A stretch of 64,000 bases of DNA from a virus (lineage: Duplodnaviria > Caudoviricetes). The position numbers were made by a program, and so were the translations under genes. Position 1 is the first letter of the stretch. Each line of letters begins with the position of its first letter. Location of the stretch: positions 13,090 to 77,089 of IMG/VR virus record IMGVR_UViG_3300036793_000060. One strand, written 5' to 3'. This document shows positions 45,433-54,551 of this stretch, in pieces. The notes beneath the pieces were generated by a model, which saw only the letters and a program-made list of their open reading frames with translations, had not been told where the DNA came from and did no database searches.

Positions 45433-47528
45433 TTGAGCCTCGCAGCCTGCGCGGTCAGCTGTGCCGCCTGCGCCTGTAGCTGGGATATCTGCGTGTTAAG
45501 CGTGGCTATGCCCGCCCTGAGCTGGGCCGCGCTCGCGGGCGGCCTGGCTGCCGTTGCCGTCGTCTTCTTCGCTGCCGTGGTGGTGGCCGTAGTCGTCTTC
45601 GCTGCCGTGGTGGTGGCTGCCGGGGCGTTGGACGCCGTGGTCGATGCCTTCGCGGTCGTCTTGGACCCCGCCTGGCCGGTTGTCACCTTGCCGCTCGCGC
45701 TGGCCAGGGCCTTCATCATCGCGTTGCGCTGGGCGATCAGCGTGTTCGCCCTGGCCCGGTCGTTCCTGGCCTGAGACAGCATCGCCGACCTCTTCTGCGC
45801 CACGACCTTCAGGTGCGACAGGTGGGCCATGTGCTTCTGGTGCGCGGTGGGCTGCTTGCCCTTGGCCTGCTGGCCCTTCTGCGCCTGCTGGCCGCCGCTG
45901 CCGTACTGGCCGAGCACGTTGCGCGAGTCCTTGGCCGATCCTGCCGCCGTGCCTGTCAGCTCGATTGCCGCGCATACGTCGTCCCACGTTGCATTAGCGT
46001 GTGCATGCGCTCTTGCCTCCGCGACCTTCTCCAGGGCAAGGCTCCCGGCCGCCGCCGCGCGCACCTCGGGGTGGACGTGGCCGCCGCCGCGCTCCCACTT
46101 GCGCAGCGCTGCCCAGGCGATCGGGTAGGCCTTCCCCGGCGGCATCCCCCTCTTCTCGATCAGGGCCTTGACCACCTGCTGGAAGTACGGGGAGTGCATG
46201 TTCCCCTTGACGTTGTACAAGCCTGGCCCGCCGGGCTTGCCGCGCGGGGCAGGGGTCGCCGCCAGCCTCGCGGTGTCCGCTGACAGGTCCAGGGCTGCCC
46301 GCTCGGCATCACCCCAGCTCGTCGACACGCCAGGCAGGCTGCGCGTGCGCTGGTCGGCCATCATCGGCCCGTAGGCCCGTGAGACCTTGCCCCACTGCGC
46401 CTGCAGATCCTTGTGCGCCTTAGTTACGCTGGCTGCCGCGCGAGGGTCGCGGGCCTGAAGGTCACTCAGCATGCGCAGCTTGGACGGGGGCCGGTAGTTG
46501 CCCACGATCGTGCGGTCCAGCAGCTCACGCCGCGCGGCCTCCTGCGCCTGCGGATCAACGTTAGCGGGGACGGACGTGTGGAAGCCCGCGTCATTCTCCA
46601 GGTCGTCATTGGACTTGCCGTGGGCGGCTGACAGCGTGGTCGCGTCAGGCTCGAACCCCAGCGCTGCCTCCTCCTTGTGCACGTACGATGTGTCATTGAC
46701 GGGGGCAGAGCGGACCTGGCCGGCCATCCTGCGCAGCGCGCTGGCGTCGCCTGGGCTGCGCGCCCGGTCTGCATTGCCGTCGATCTCATCGGCCGCCTCA
46801 TGGACCCGGCCCGCCATCACAAGGGCGGGCGCACTGGCCCGGTAGCCGGGCACGCGGTCCACCTTGTGCCGGGCGTACGCCTTCTCGATTGCATCGGCCG
46901 CCCCCGCCCGGTCCCACTCCCCGCGTGCGTTGCGACGCTCCAGGGGGTTGAACAGCGACAAGTCGATGGCACGGCCACCGCTCCTGGACGCTGCCACCTG
47001 CCTCGTGGCCGGCCCGGTGACCTTCTGCGGCATCGCCACGCTGGCGTCCGGGCCTCCGGTGGGCAGCGCCCGTGCCCCGCCCGGCTGCTGGCCCGTGGGC
47101 ACAGCCGCGAGGGGCGACGTCGGCGTGCCCTGCTCGGGGAAGTCAGACGCGCGGGGCAGCGAGTTGTTGTGGTCCTCGTCGTCGGCGATGTCCTTGACCA
47201 GCAGCAGGTGCCTGTGCACGGCGTCCATGTTCAGCTTGGCCCGGTGGTAGTCCGCGTCGCTGGTGATGCCGTGCCTGTACAGGGACTGCGGCGCGGCATT
47301 GCCGATCGCCGCCGTCAGGTGCCTCTGGGCGGCCTGAGTGGCGCCGCGCTCCAGGGCGCTGGCCGCGTCCCTCAGGTGCTGGTGCATGCCCATCTCAGGG
47401 TGGTCGTCCTTGAGCCTGCCCGCGAGCTGGCGCATGCTGCCCGCCGTCTCCCTGCGCCGGCTGGCTACCGGCCGGTAGGCCGTGGCCCTGCTCGCCGGGG
47501 GCCGGTACGATCCCGCCTTACCTGCCAC
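45429..47528 (-). CDS. Modular head-region protein (~699 aa)
   Basis: IDLSLFNPLERRNARGEW; YFQQVVKALIEKRG..AIAWAALRKW domain; Thr/Ala/Lys-rich tail. GTG start after GGAGG. Confidence 0.75.
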   Translation of the reverse strand: MAGKAGSYRPPASRATAYRPVASRRRETAGSMRQLAGRLKDDHPEMGMHQHLRDAASALERGATQAAQRHLTAAIGNAAPQSLYRHGITSDADYHRAKLNMDAVHRHLLLVKDIADDEDHNNSLPRASDFPEQGTPTSPLAAVPTGQQPGGARALPTGGPDASVAMPQKVTGPATRQVAASRSGGRAIDLSLFNPLERRNARGEWDRAGAADAIEKAYARHKVDRVPGYRASAPALVMAGRVHEAADEIDGNADRARSPGDASALRRMAGQVRSAPVNDTSYVHKEEAALGFEPDATTLSAAHGKSNDDLENDAGFHTSVPANVDPQAQEAARRELLDRTIVGNYRPPSKLRMLSDLQARDPRAAASVTKAHKDLQAQWGKVSRAYGPMMADQRTRSLPGVSTSWGDAERAALDLSADTARLAATPAPRGKPGGPGLYNVKGNMHSPYFQQVVKALIEKRGMPPGKAYPIAWAALRKWERGGGHVHPEVRAAAAGSLALEKVAEARAHAHANATWDDVCAAIELTGTAAGSAKDSRNVLGQYGSGGQQAQKGQQAKGKQPTAHQKHMAHLSHLKVVAQKRSAMLSQARNDRARANTLIAQRNAMMKALASASGKVTTGQAGSKTTAKASTTASNAPAATTTAAKTTTATTTAAKKTTATAARPPASAAQLRAGIATLNTQISQLQAQAAQLTAQAARLK

Positions 47529-48177
47529 TGGGTAGCATCCTTCCTCCCGGCCATGGCCGCCCTGGGTAGCACCTGCAGTGCGGGTGCACCCCTCCGGGGA
47601 ACCCGATGGACGGCATGCTCGTGACGTTGAAGTTCCGGCCGTTGGCCGCCCGGCACTCAGCTGACGTGTGCTTGTCAAGGACAGTGTGCCACCCCAGCAG
47701 CAGCCCGTACGTGGACGCGGCTGTGTCGGCCATCGCGGCTGCCTGCCTGCGCTGCCAGATGGCCGTCATGTGCTGGCCGAAGAACCTCCGCTCGCGGGTC
47801 ACCGACTCCGCCAGCGCCTGGGTGAGAGGGATCCCGTGGCTGCGGGCGGCGATGATGTCGGCGGTGATCCTGCGCGTCGCCATGACCGCGAACTGAGCGC
47901 GCCGCAGCAGGTTCAGCCTGGCCACCTGCGCGCTGGCTGGCCCGCTGATCCCGTGCGCGTCGGGCGGCATGCCCATCACCACGTCCAGGGCCGCCCTGAG
48001 CGCAAGCCCCTCGCTCCTCGCCTGCAGCCAGGCTGGCGTCGCGGTGATGATGGCTGCGGCTGCGGCCACGGTGACCTCGGTCGCCAGCACCGAGGCGATC
48101 ACGACGGCCAGTGGCATGACGGGAGGAGCCTGCCCCGCCGCCGGGGGCTGCGACTGGGGCGGCGCCGGGGTGGTCAT
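47518..48177 (-). CDS. MuF-like head morphogenesis protein
   Basis: GWHTVLDKHTSAECRAANG...PGGVHPHCRC. Confidence 0.85.
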   Translation of the reverse strand: MTTPAPPQSQPPAAGQAPPVMPLAVVIASVLATEVTVAAAAAIITATPAWLQARSEGLALRAALDVVMGMPPDAHGISGPASAQVARLNLLRRAQFAVMATRRITADIIAARSHGIPLTQALAESVTRERRFFGQHMTAIWQRRQAAAMADTAASTYGLLLGWHTVLDKHTSAECRAANGRNFNVTSMPSIGFPGGVHPHCRCYPGRPWPGGRMLPSGR

Positions 48178-48494
48178 TTCCTGTAGCGCTGCGTGCGCCA
48201 TATCGCGATGCAGCGCCAGAGGATGCTCACCGGGATGAGCCAGATGGCCACCGTGTCAATCCACAGGAATGCGTAGGCGTCCGGGTTAAGCCCGATAACA
48301 CGGTGCAGGAAAGGCCCGAGAAGGGCCAGTGCCACGGTGGCGTCAAAGAATATGACATTCCACCCGAACTCATTCTTCCACCATGGCCAGTAGCCGATCT
48401 TGGGAATGCCGATGGCGGGAAACAGTACCGAGAGGATAAACGCGACGATGACCCCGTTCTCAATGAGGTCAACCAGCAGGTGCTCCGTTACCAC
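48174..48494 (-). CDS. Holin-like three-TM membrane protein
   Basis: Three hydrophobic segments; WWKNEFGWN motif. Confidence 0.65.
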   Translation of the reverse strand: MVTEHLLVDLIENGVIVAFILSVLFPAIGIPKIGYWPWWKNEFGWNVIFFDATVALALLGPFLHRVIGLNPDAYAFLWIDTVAIWLIPVSILWRCIAIWRTQRYRK

Positions 48495-48678
48495 TATTCC
48501 CCTCCCTGCGCTCGCGGACCAGGTCGCTCACCATGCCTGCGACGTGGTTCTGCTCGATCATCTCATGGAATGTCCGCCGCAGCGGCTCAGTCTCCGCCAG
48601 CCTCTTCTCCGACAGCTCCCGCTCCGCGCGGGCAGCTGCTACCCCTCCCCTCATGTGCCTCCTCCAGAACCATTTCAC
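48469..48678 (-). CDS. Small coiled protein typical of actinophage lysis cassettes
   Basis: ...QNHVAGMV motif; sits between two membrane genes. Confidence 0.6.
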   Translation of the reverse strand: MKWFWRRHMRGGVAAARAERELSEKRLAETEPLRRTFHEMIEQNHVAGMVSDLVRERREGNSGNGAPAG

Positions 48679-48923
48679 TGGCTAATCTCCTTACGGAGTC
48701 CGGTCATCACTTCCCTGACGACGTGTGCCGTCTGGACATTGATGTCCGATCGGGTGCGCTCATCGTGCAGCGCCTGCGTCAGGTCCGCGATCTGCTTGTC
48801 CTTGGCATCCATCGCGCCCTTGGTGTTAAGCCAGCCGGTGACGATGAGCGCCAGGACGATGACGAGCACACTGGCCGCGCCCACGCCCCCGTCGAACAAG
48901 GCCACGACATCTGTGACTCCCAC
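48675..48923 (-). CDS. Holin-like single-TM plus coiled-coil protein
   Basis: N-terminal TM followed by an amphipathic coil. Confidence 0.65.
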   Translation of the reverse strand: MGVTDVVALFDGGVGAASVLVIVLALIVTGWLNTKGAMDAKDKQIADLTQALHDERTRSDINVQTAHVVREVMTGLRKEISQ

Positions 48924-48954
48924 GCCTGCGAACCTCCCCTGGATGTCAGGATCA

Positions 48955-50616
48955 TCACCCCCCTAGCTTGCCGGTAGGCGAGTTCATCGAGGGCTTGGAC
49001 GGGGGCCGTGGCGGGCCTGCGGGCGCCTGCTGCACGCGCGGCTGGCCGGCCTGCCCCGGCGTGCCCCCTGCGCGCTGCCCTGGCGCCGGGGGAGGCCGAA
49101 GCCCTCCGTTCTGCGCCCCGGCCTGCTGGGCGATGCCGAACGCGGCGCTGGTCATGCCCTGCATGGCGCCCAGGCTGCCCGCTGCCTCCGGCGGCATGCC
49201 GGGCGGCGGGTTCCCCGCCAGCTGCTCGGCGCGCTGGTTGGCGGTCGAGGACAGCGCCTCGTGCACCGCGTCCACGTCCAGCTGCAGGATCGAGGCCATC
49301 CGCTCGCAGATCATGTCGAACACGGGCAGCGGGATGTGCATGGCGGGCGCCGCGTTCAGCTGGCCGAACAGGGTCATGATCGCCTGCGCCTGCTCATCCT
49401 CCAGCGGGCCGAACTTGAACGTGGGGAAGACGGCCTTGCTGCCGAAGTTGAGCAGGATCAGCGGCCGGATCACGTCGTAGGCGATCGACTCGGAGATCTC
49501 CGTGGCGATTGCCTGCCTGGACTGCAGGAAGAAGCTGGACTGGTCCTGGGACAGGGCGAAGCTGCCCTTCCCGCCGGTAGCGCTGCCGGTCAGGGCGAGG
49601 AACCCTGCCAGGATGCTGTGCGTCTGCCAGCTCTCCAGCCAGGCCATCGCCTCGGAGAAGAACTTGCCGCCGTCGCCGCTGCCCTCCAGCACCTCGAATG
49701 TCTTGGCGTTGTCGCTCGGGCGCTCCAGGCCGACCACGCCGCTGGACTTCAGCGAGGCGATGTCGCTCGCCTTGGCGTTGGCCTCGTTCTGGTCGTTGCC
49801 GTAGACGATGGTGCGCGGCAGGGCCTGGTTCTCCAGGAAGTGGTACCAGAGGTACAGGAGCTTCATCTTGGTCTGGTAGCACCAGTAGCAGACCTCAAGC
49901 TCGGACACGCCGGTCATCGGCTCGCGGTACTTGCCGTGGGTGTAGATGTAGCTGCGCATCCGTGGGATGTCGACGTAGCCGGGGACCTTCTGCTTGCGCT
50001 GCACCATCAGGTTGCCGCCGAACAGCCACACCTGCTGGCGGAACCCGTTCGGCTCGCCGCTGCGGTCGTTGTAGCGGGCCTGGCAGGTCGCCGGGGGCCG
50101 GTAGGCGATCTTGTCGTAGATGACCTTGCCGTCGCTGTCGCGGATCTTGAACGTCTTCTCGAAGAAGGACCGCCGGAAAATCTGGGCCGACGTGACCTGG
50201 CCTATCAGCTCGGACATCGGGGTCTTCATGCCGCCCTCGGAGTCCGGCGTCATCAGGACGCTGTTCGCCAGCTTGGCCTCGCCGCTGTCCCCCTTGCCCC
50301 CGGTTATCGACCTGTCTGCCTGCCTGATCGGGAGGGTGAGTGCCTGCGCCAGCGCTGCGGAGATGCCGTCGCGGGAGAACATGACCTTCATGTCCCTCGC
50401 GCCCCACTCGCCTTAAACCGTAGTCAAAGACATCACCTTCCCCATAGTACGCAAACAACCTCTGACCCCAGTCAAATTGGGTAATTGCGTGCCGATCTCC
50501 GGACCAAGCAGCGAGCGCCTACCTCCGCCCGCAGACTTGCTCCCCTTTGGGGGAAGATCAGGAAACTCAACTACATTCTCTAGTCCAGCTACCTTCTTCT
50601 TGGATGAATCAACCAC
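48955..50616 (-). CDS. Portal protein (Mu gp29/DUF935-like), predicted 548 aa after two translational bypasses
   Basis: Main frame: LTLPI, YTHG...GVSEL, P....Y, GSFALSQDQSSFF. The 5' part is split into 50616-50485, 50476-50417 and 50409 onward by 8- and 7-nt TTA-containing gaps. Confidence 0.85.
50410..50419 (-). other. Candidate bypass site 2: GGU (take-off), UUA, A, GGC (landing); 7 nt skipped
   Basis: Minus strand reads gac tac GGT TTA A GGC gag tgg. Confidence 0.75.
50477..50487 (-). other. Candidate bypass site 1: CAA (take-off), UUA, CC, CAA (landing); 8 nt skipped
   Basis: Minus strand reads ggc acg CAA TTA CC CAA ttt gac tgg. Confidence 0.75.
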
Positions 50617-50683
50617 AGTGGCATCACCTCCCTTGCTTTCGGGCGGCGTATGCCGCTGAGGACTTGCTGCTCATCATGCCCGC

Positions 50684-52342
50684 TCAGCGGTAAGGATGCA
50701 CGACCGCTCGCCCAGACGGGCGTGCTGACTCGTCGTCGTCGGCCGGCTGGGGGGCGAACCCGTCGGGCGTCCAGTCGCCGCCCGCGACGTTGTAGGCGCC
50801 TCCGTGCGCGGTCACCAGGCGCCTGCTGGCCTGCGCCTCCTTGCTCGGCTCGGTGGGCGAGAACCCGAGCGAGCCGCCCGCCGCGTCCAGGATCGCCGAG
50901 TCGGAGTCAGTGGCCCACTTGCGGGGCCGTGCGGCCTCCTGCGGGACGCTGGACAGGTACAGGAACTTCTGCAGCGCCCAGACCATCGAGTCCATCCTGT
51001 CCGGGGACCGCTCGCCCTCAGCCCCGGTGAACGTCTTCATCTGGTCCTCAAGCTCGATCATGCCCTCGGAGTCCAGCTCGCCCTGCCTGTCGCGGCGCTC
51101 CATCTTGCAGTGCCGGACCTTCATCCGCTGGTACAGCGCGGCCACCGGCTCAGCGCGGGTGCGCTTGTTCTGGCTGGCCCATACCTCCTCGATCACCGGC
51201 ACGTGGCCGGGCGGCACCAGCCCGTCTGCCTGCAGCTCCTTGATGACCTGCCGGAACATGGAGATCATCCACTGCCCGCCGTGGTTGCGCTCGACCACGA
51301 TCCGCGCCTGCCACTGCACGGCCTTCAGCACTACCCTGCGCCCGAACTGCGGCGGAGACTCCTGGCCGCCCCAGTTCTCGGCCACGTACACCGTGTCGTC
51401 GCCGCCGAACCCCAGCCCGGCGATCGTGTAGGCCTGCTCGTCGGAGGTCTCGGTGCCGTCGGAGGGGTCGACGCCGATCACCGCGTTGCGCAGCCACGGC
51501 TCGCCGTCCGGCCCGCTGATCGCCGGGACCTGGATGGACTCCAGCAGCTCAAGCGTCCACATCGCGTTGGGGACGTCGTCGAGCAGGACGCCCTCAAGCT
51601 CCTGCCGCTCAAGCCGGGTTCCCCTGCTCGCGCCGATGACCGTCCGGTAGAACGCGTCGGACAGGTTGTCCCGGTTGTCGACGGTGCGCAGCCGGCGCGA
51701 GATGACCCCGCCGTGCTCCTCCTCGTTGCGCAGCAGGGACCGGAACAGCCGGGCGGCCGGCCTGGCTGCCTTGGGCGTGGCCGTCGCGATGATCACAGAC
51801 ACGCCATGGCGCACCGCGTACCGCAGCGACTCATTCCAGGTGGTCTCCCACTTCTCCCACAGGCCGATCTCGTCGCACCAGGCAGCCTTCAGGTTGCGGC
51901 CCTGGATCCGCAGGCCTCCCTCAGCGGCCGAGTCGATGTAGACGACGATGCCGCTGTGCAGGATCACCTGGCCGTAGGTGCGCCACGCGTTCCGAACCGT
52001 CTTGGACGTGTGCGCCTTGACCTCCTTCATCGAGGTCCCCAGCGCCCTCAGCAGGCCGGACTCGCCCTCGACGCACTTGGTCCAGGCGTCGGCGTAGGTG
52101 GGCGCCACGATGCCGTACTCACCCTCGCCGTCGGTGTCGCCCTGGATGATCTCGGCCAGGTCTTGCGCGCCGGCCCGCGTCTTCCCGGACCCGCGCCCGC
52201 CGGACAGCAGCAGGACCCGCCAGCTGCCGTCCATCGGGGGCAGCAGCTGGTCGGGCCTGGCGTCCTGCCGCCAGCGGACGCGCGGGTCTCCTGCGGGCTT
52301 CTCGAACCGTGCCTGCACCATGCCGAGGACCGCGAGGTCCAC
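50684..52342 (-). CDS. terL: Terminase large subunit
   Basis: LSGGRGSGKTRAG Walker A, AWCDEIG Walker B, TATPK, IGVDPS, SPDRMDSMVWA. Confidence 0.95.
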   Translation of the reverse strand: MDLAVLGMVQARFEKPAGDPRVRWRQDARPDQLLPPMDGSWRVLLLSGGRGSGKTRAGAQDLAEIIQGDTDGEGEYGIVAPTYADAWTKCVEGESGLLRALGTSMKEVKAHTSKTVRNAWRTYGQVILHSGIVVYIDSAAEGGLRIQGRNLKAAWCDEIGLWEKWETTWNESLRYAVRHGVSVIIATATPKAARPAARLFRSLLRNEEEHGGVISRRLRTVDNRDNLSDAFYRTVIGASRGTRLERQELEGVLLDDVPNAMWTLELLESIQVPAISGPDGEPWLRNAVIGVDPSDGTETSDEQAYTIAGLGFGGDDTVYVAENWGGQESPPQFGRRVVLKAVQWQARIVVERNHGGQWMISMFRQVIKELQADGLVPPGHVPVIEEVWASQNKRTRAEPVAALYQRMKVRHCKMERRDRQGELDSEGMIELEDQMKTFTGAEGERSPDRMDSMVWALQKFLYLSSVPQEAARPRKWATDSDSAILDAAGGSLGFSPTEPSKEAQASRRLVTAHGGAYNVAGGDWTPDGFAPQPADDDESARPSGRAVVHPYR

Positions 52343-52352
52343 GGCGTGCGGG

Positions 52353-52646
52353 CTAGCCGTAGATGGCACGCCAGTGCTCGCGGACGTCTTCCTTCGCGTC
52401 ATCCCACTCGGGCAGCTCCTCGCCCCGGACGGACACGTAGCCCGCGTGCTGGGCGTACCGCTGGTAGCCGCCCTTCGCCATCGCCTCACGGTGCTCGGGG
52501 TGCTGCGCCAGCAGCCTGCCCAGCTCATTCCAGAAGCTGGCCACGTGGCCCCTGTCCTCGGTGACCAGGTTCGTGACGGGTCCGTAGGTCGTCCTGACCG
52601 TGACCTGGTCCTTCGCCGTGCCCTCCCAGCTCGCGCTGAGCGTCAT
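52353..52646 (-). CDS. Hypothetical protein
   Basis: RBS GGAGG before ATG 52646. Confidence 0.65.
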   Translation of the reverse strand: MTLSASWEGTAKDQVTVRTTYGPVTNLVTEDRGHVASFWNELGRLLAQHPEHREAMAKGGYQRYAQHAGYVSVRGEELPEWDDAKEDVREHWRAIYG

Positions 52647-52704
52647 GACTTCCTCCGGGGGTCGTAGTGCTCGTACCTGTACTGCGCCGACGGGCGTGCG
52701 TGCG

Positions 52705-53460
52705 TCATGACGCGGCTCCCTGCTCCTTGACGATGTGCAGGCGCCGCCCCAGCGTCGCGCGGGCCGCCGCCTTGCCCTCAAGCCCGACGCCGCTGTCCTC
52801 CAGCGCGTCGTCGAGCGCACGCTCGATCATATCGGCGGTCTGCTGCCTGATCCCGGCAAGCCGGTCCTCGATCTTGAGCTTGGAGATGTCGACCAGGATC
52901 TTGCCGAACCGCTCCAGGGCGCGCTCGTAGAGCAGGATCTCCACCCTCAGCTGCTCGCCCGCCTTGCTGTGCGCGTACCTGATCTTGTTCTGAGACCAGA
53001 GCACCTGCACCGCCTCGCGCAGCAGCTCCTTGCCCGCCTTGATCTCCGCCGCCAGCGCCAGCAGCTCATCGAGGGGGTTGCCGATCGGGTCGGGGTGCAT
53101 GAGCTTCTCGCCGTGCGCGGTCATGATCGCCGCCAGCCGGTCGGCTGCCTGCCCCTCGACCAGGTTCATGGTCGCCGACTTCCGCCCGTCCCCGCCGCCG
53201 GCCATGCCGTGGGTGACGCACCGGGCGGGGTCGCTGCCCGCCACGGCCTTGTTGGAGCACCGGCCGTTGTGCCTGCACAGCCGCTCGCCGGTCAGCTCCT
53301 CGGCCTCGTCCAGCAGCTCGTCGGGGACATGCCGCAGGCAGGCGTCCAGGCCGTCGATCTCCCACTCCTGGCAGGGCTGGCCCAGCTTGGTTGGCTGCCC
53401 GCACCGGTTCGGCCCGGCCCAGTGCCCCTTGCCTGGGAAGACGCCCTTAGGAGGCGCCAT
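52705..53460 (-). CDS. terS: Terminase small subunit
   Basis: C...C..C.RH and C.THG Zn motifs plus helical ALLERALERFG region typical of actinophage TerS; upstream of terL. Confidence 0.75.
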   Translation of the reverse strand: MAPPKGVFPGKGHWAGPNRCGQPTKLGQPCQEWEIDGLDACLRHVPDELLDEAEELTGERLCRHNGRCSNKAVAGSDPARCVTHGMAGGGDGRKSATMNLVEGQAADRLAAIMTAHGEKLMHPDPIGNPLDELLALAAEIKAGKELLREAVQVLWSQNKIRYAHSKAGEQLRVEILLYERALERFGKILVDISKLKIEDRLAGIRQQTADMIERALDDALEDSGVGLEGKAAARATLGRRLHIVKEQGAAS

Positions 53461-53770
53461 CGTCGTCCCCGATCATGGCGATGATCGCCTGGTCACGGTC
53501 GGTCATCCAGGCCTGCGGCGGCGGGTCCTCCTCGATGACCAGCGACAGCGGCGGCAGCCCGTTGCGCTCGCGCCAGGCCGCGTGCTCGCGGTCGTGCATG
53601 GCCTTGCACTCAGCCGACCCCGGCACGTGCCCGGCGCGCATCTCCGCCCTGATGTACAGCTTCCTGACGATGTGCGGGCAGGTGGTCACCAGGTCCGGCT
53701 TGTGCGGGTAGCGGGTCCGCCTCTTGTGGCTGAACCCGACCAGCCGGCCGTGGGTGTGCAGTAGCTTCAC
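53447..53770 (-). CDS. Hypothetical protein
   Basis: GTGA overlap; RBS GGAGG. Confidence 0.6.
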   Translation of the reverse strand: MKLLHTHGRLVGFSHKRRTRYPHKPDLVTTCPHIVRKLYIRAEMRAGHVPGSAECKAMHDREHAAWRERNGLPPLSLVIEEDPPPQAWMTDRDQAIIAMIGDDDGAS

Positions 53771-54096
53771 CTGGCGTTTCCCTCCGTGTACTCCCTGTGC
53801 GCCTGGTGGATGTGCTCCAGGGTGATGACCGGGACATGGTGGTGCCGCCGGCACACGCGGAACTCCCCTCCGGCCATGTGGTGGATCCCGATGCGCGGGC
53901 AGCCGGGCGCGTGGCAGTTGTTGCGCTTGTACCAGCCGTAGAGTCCTGCGGCCAGTGCGCCCGCGACTGTCAGCTCGCCGATGTCGGAGCCGGAGCCGGA
54001 CAGGAAGTTGTACCAGTTCCACGTGCCGTAGGGAAGCCCGTTGTCGACCCCCAGCGTGTGGATGACCCAGTGCCAGATCATGTGTCCATTGTGCAT
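53767..54096 (-). CDS. Membrane protein with C-terminal Cys/His cluster (WYNFLSGSGSDIGE...CHAPGCPRIG.H)
   Basis: Recognisable conserved actinophage pattern. Confidence 0.7.
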   Translation of the reverse strand: MHNGHMIWHWVIHTLGVDNGLPYGTWNWYNFLSGSGSDIGELTVAGALAAGLYGWYKRNNCHAPGCPRIGIHHMAGGEFRVCRRHHHVPVITLEHIHQAHREYTEGNAR

Positions 54097-54272
54097 GCAG
54101 CGGGGGCCTGCGGCGCCTCACCCTCGGGGGCGAGGTGGTGGCGCCGCATGGCCGTCCGCCCTGCGAGGGCGCCTCACTTCCGACGGGTCGGCGCCCCTGC
54201 AGTCATCCAGCCGCCCGCGCCGCGCTGCTGGTGGGTGCCAGATATGCGCGCCTGCAACGGGCCTGGGACCTG

Positions 54273-54524
54273 TTAGGCCTCCACGGTACCTCGTGCTGCC
54301 CGCTCAATCCGCAGGCAGCGCAGGTACGCCTCAAGCGTGGCCTGGCCCTGCAGCGCGTCCAGCTCGGCGTCGAGGGCCGCGACCTCGCGGTGCCTGCGCC
54401 AGCCGGGGAACGCCGTGGTCCAGAACCCGCTGATGACCAGCAGCACGAGGACGAACAGCGCCACGCCGAGCAGCTGGGACCACAGGCCCGGCAGCGCCGA
54501 CGTCGTCGTCACGATCTCGTTCAT
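54273..54524 (-). CDS. Single-TM membrane protein
   Basis: RBS GGGAG; hydrophobic helix. Confidence 0.65.
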   Translation of the reverse strand: MNEIVTTTSALPGLWSQLLGVALFVLVLLVISGFWTTAFPGWRRHREVAALDAELDALQGQATLEAYLRCLRIERAARGTVEA

Positions 54525-54551
54525 TTCCGCTTCTCCCTATTCGCATAGGAC

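Noticed and set aside
45567-45617. 21-bp direct repeat cttcgctgccgtggtggtggc
   Set aside because: It encodes the TTTAAK low-complexity tail; there are only two copies, so it is not an array.
50413-50415. Simple UAA readthrough as the portal fix, since the N-terminal ORF and main ORF share a frame
   Set aside because: The in-frame intervening peptide (LPNLTGVRGCLRTMGKVMSLTTV) looks non-coding. The shifted middle frame gives an aromatic/acidic, portal-like sequence and has matched codon pairs at both ends.
54097-54272. GC-rich hairpins between two membrane genes as an ncRNA
   Set aside because: There are no recognisable RNA motifs, and the region may be a short ORF. Stems are expected at this GC content.
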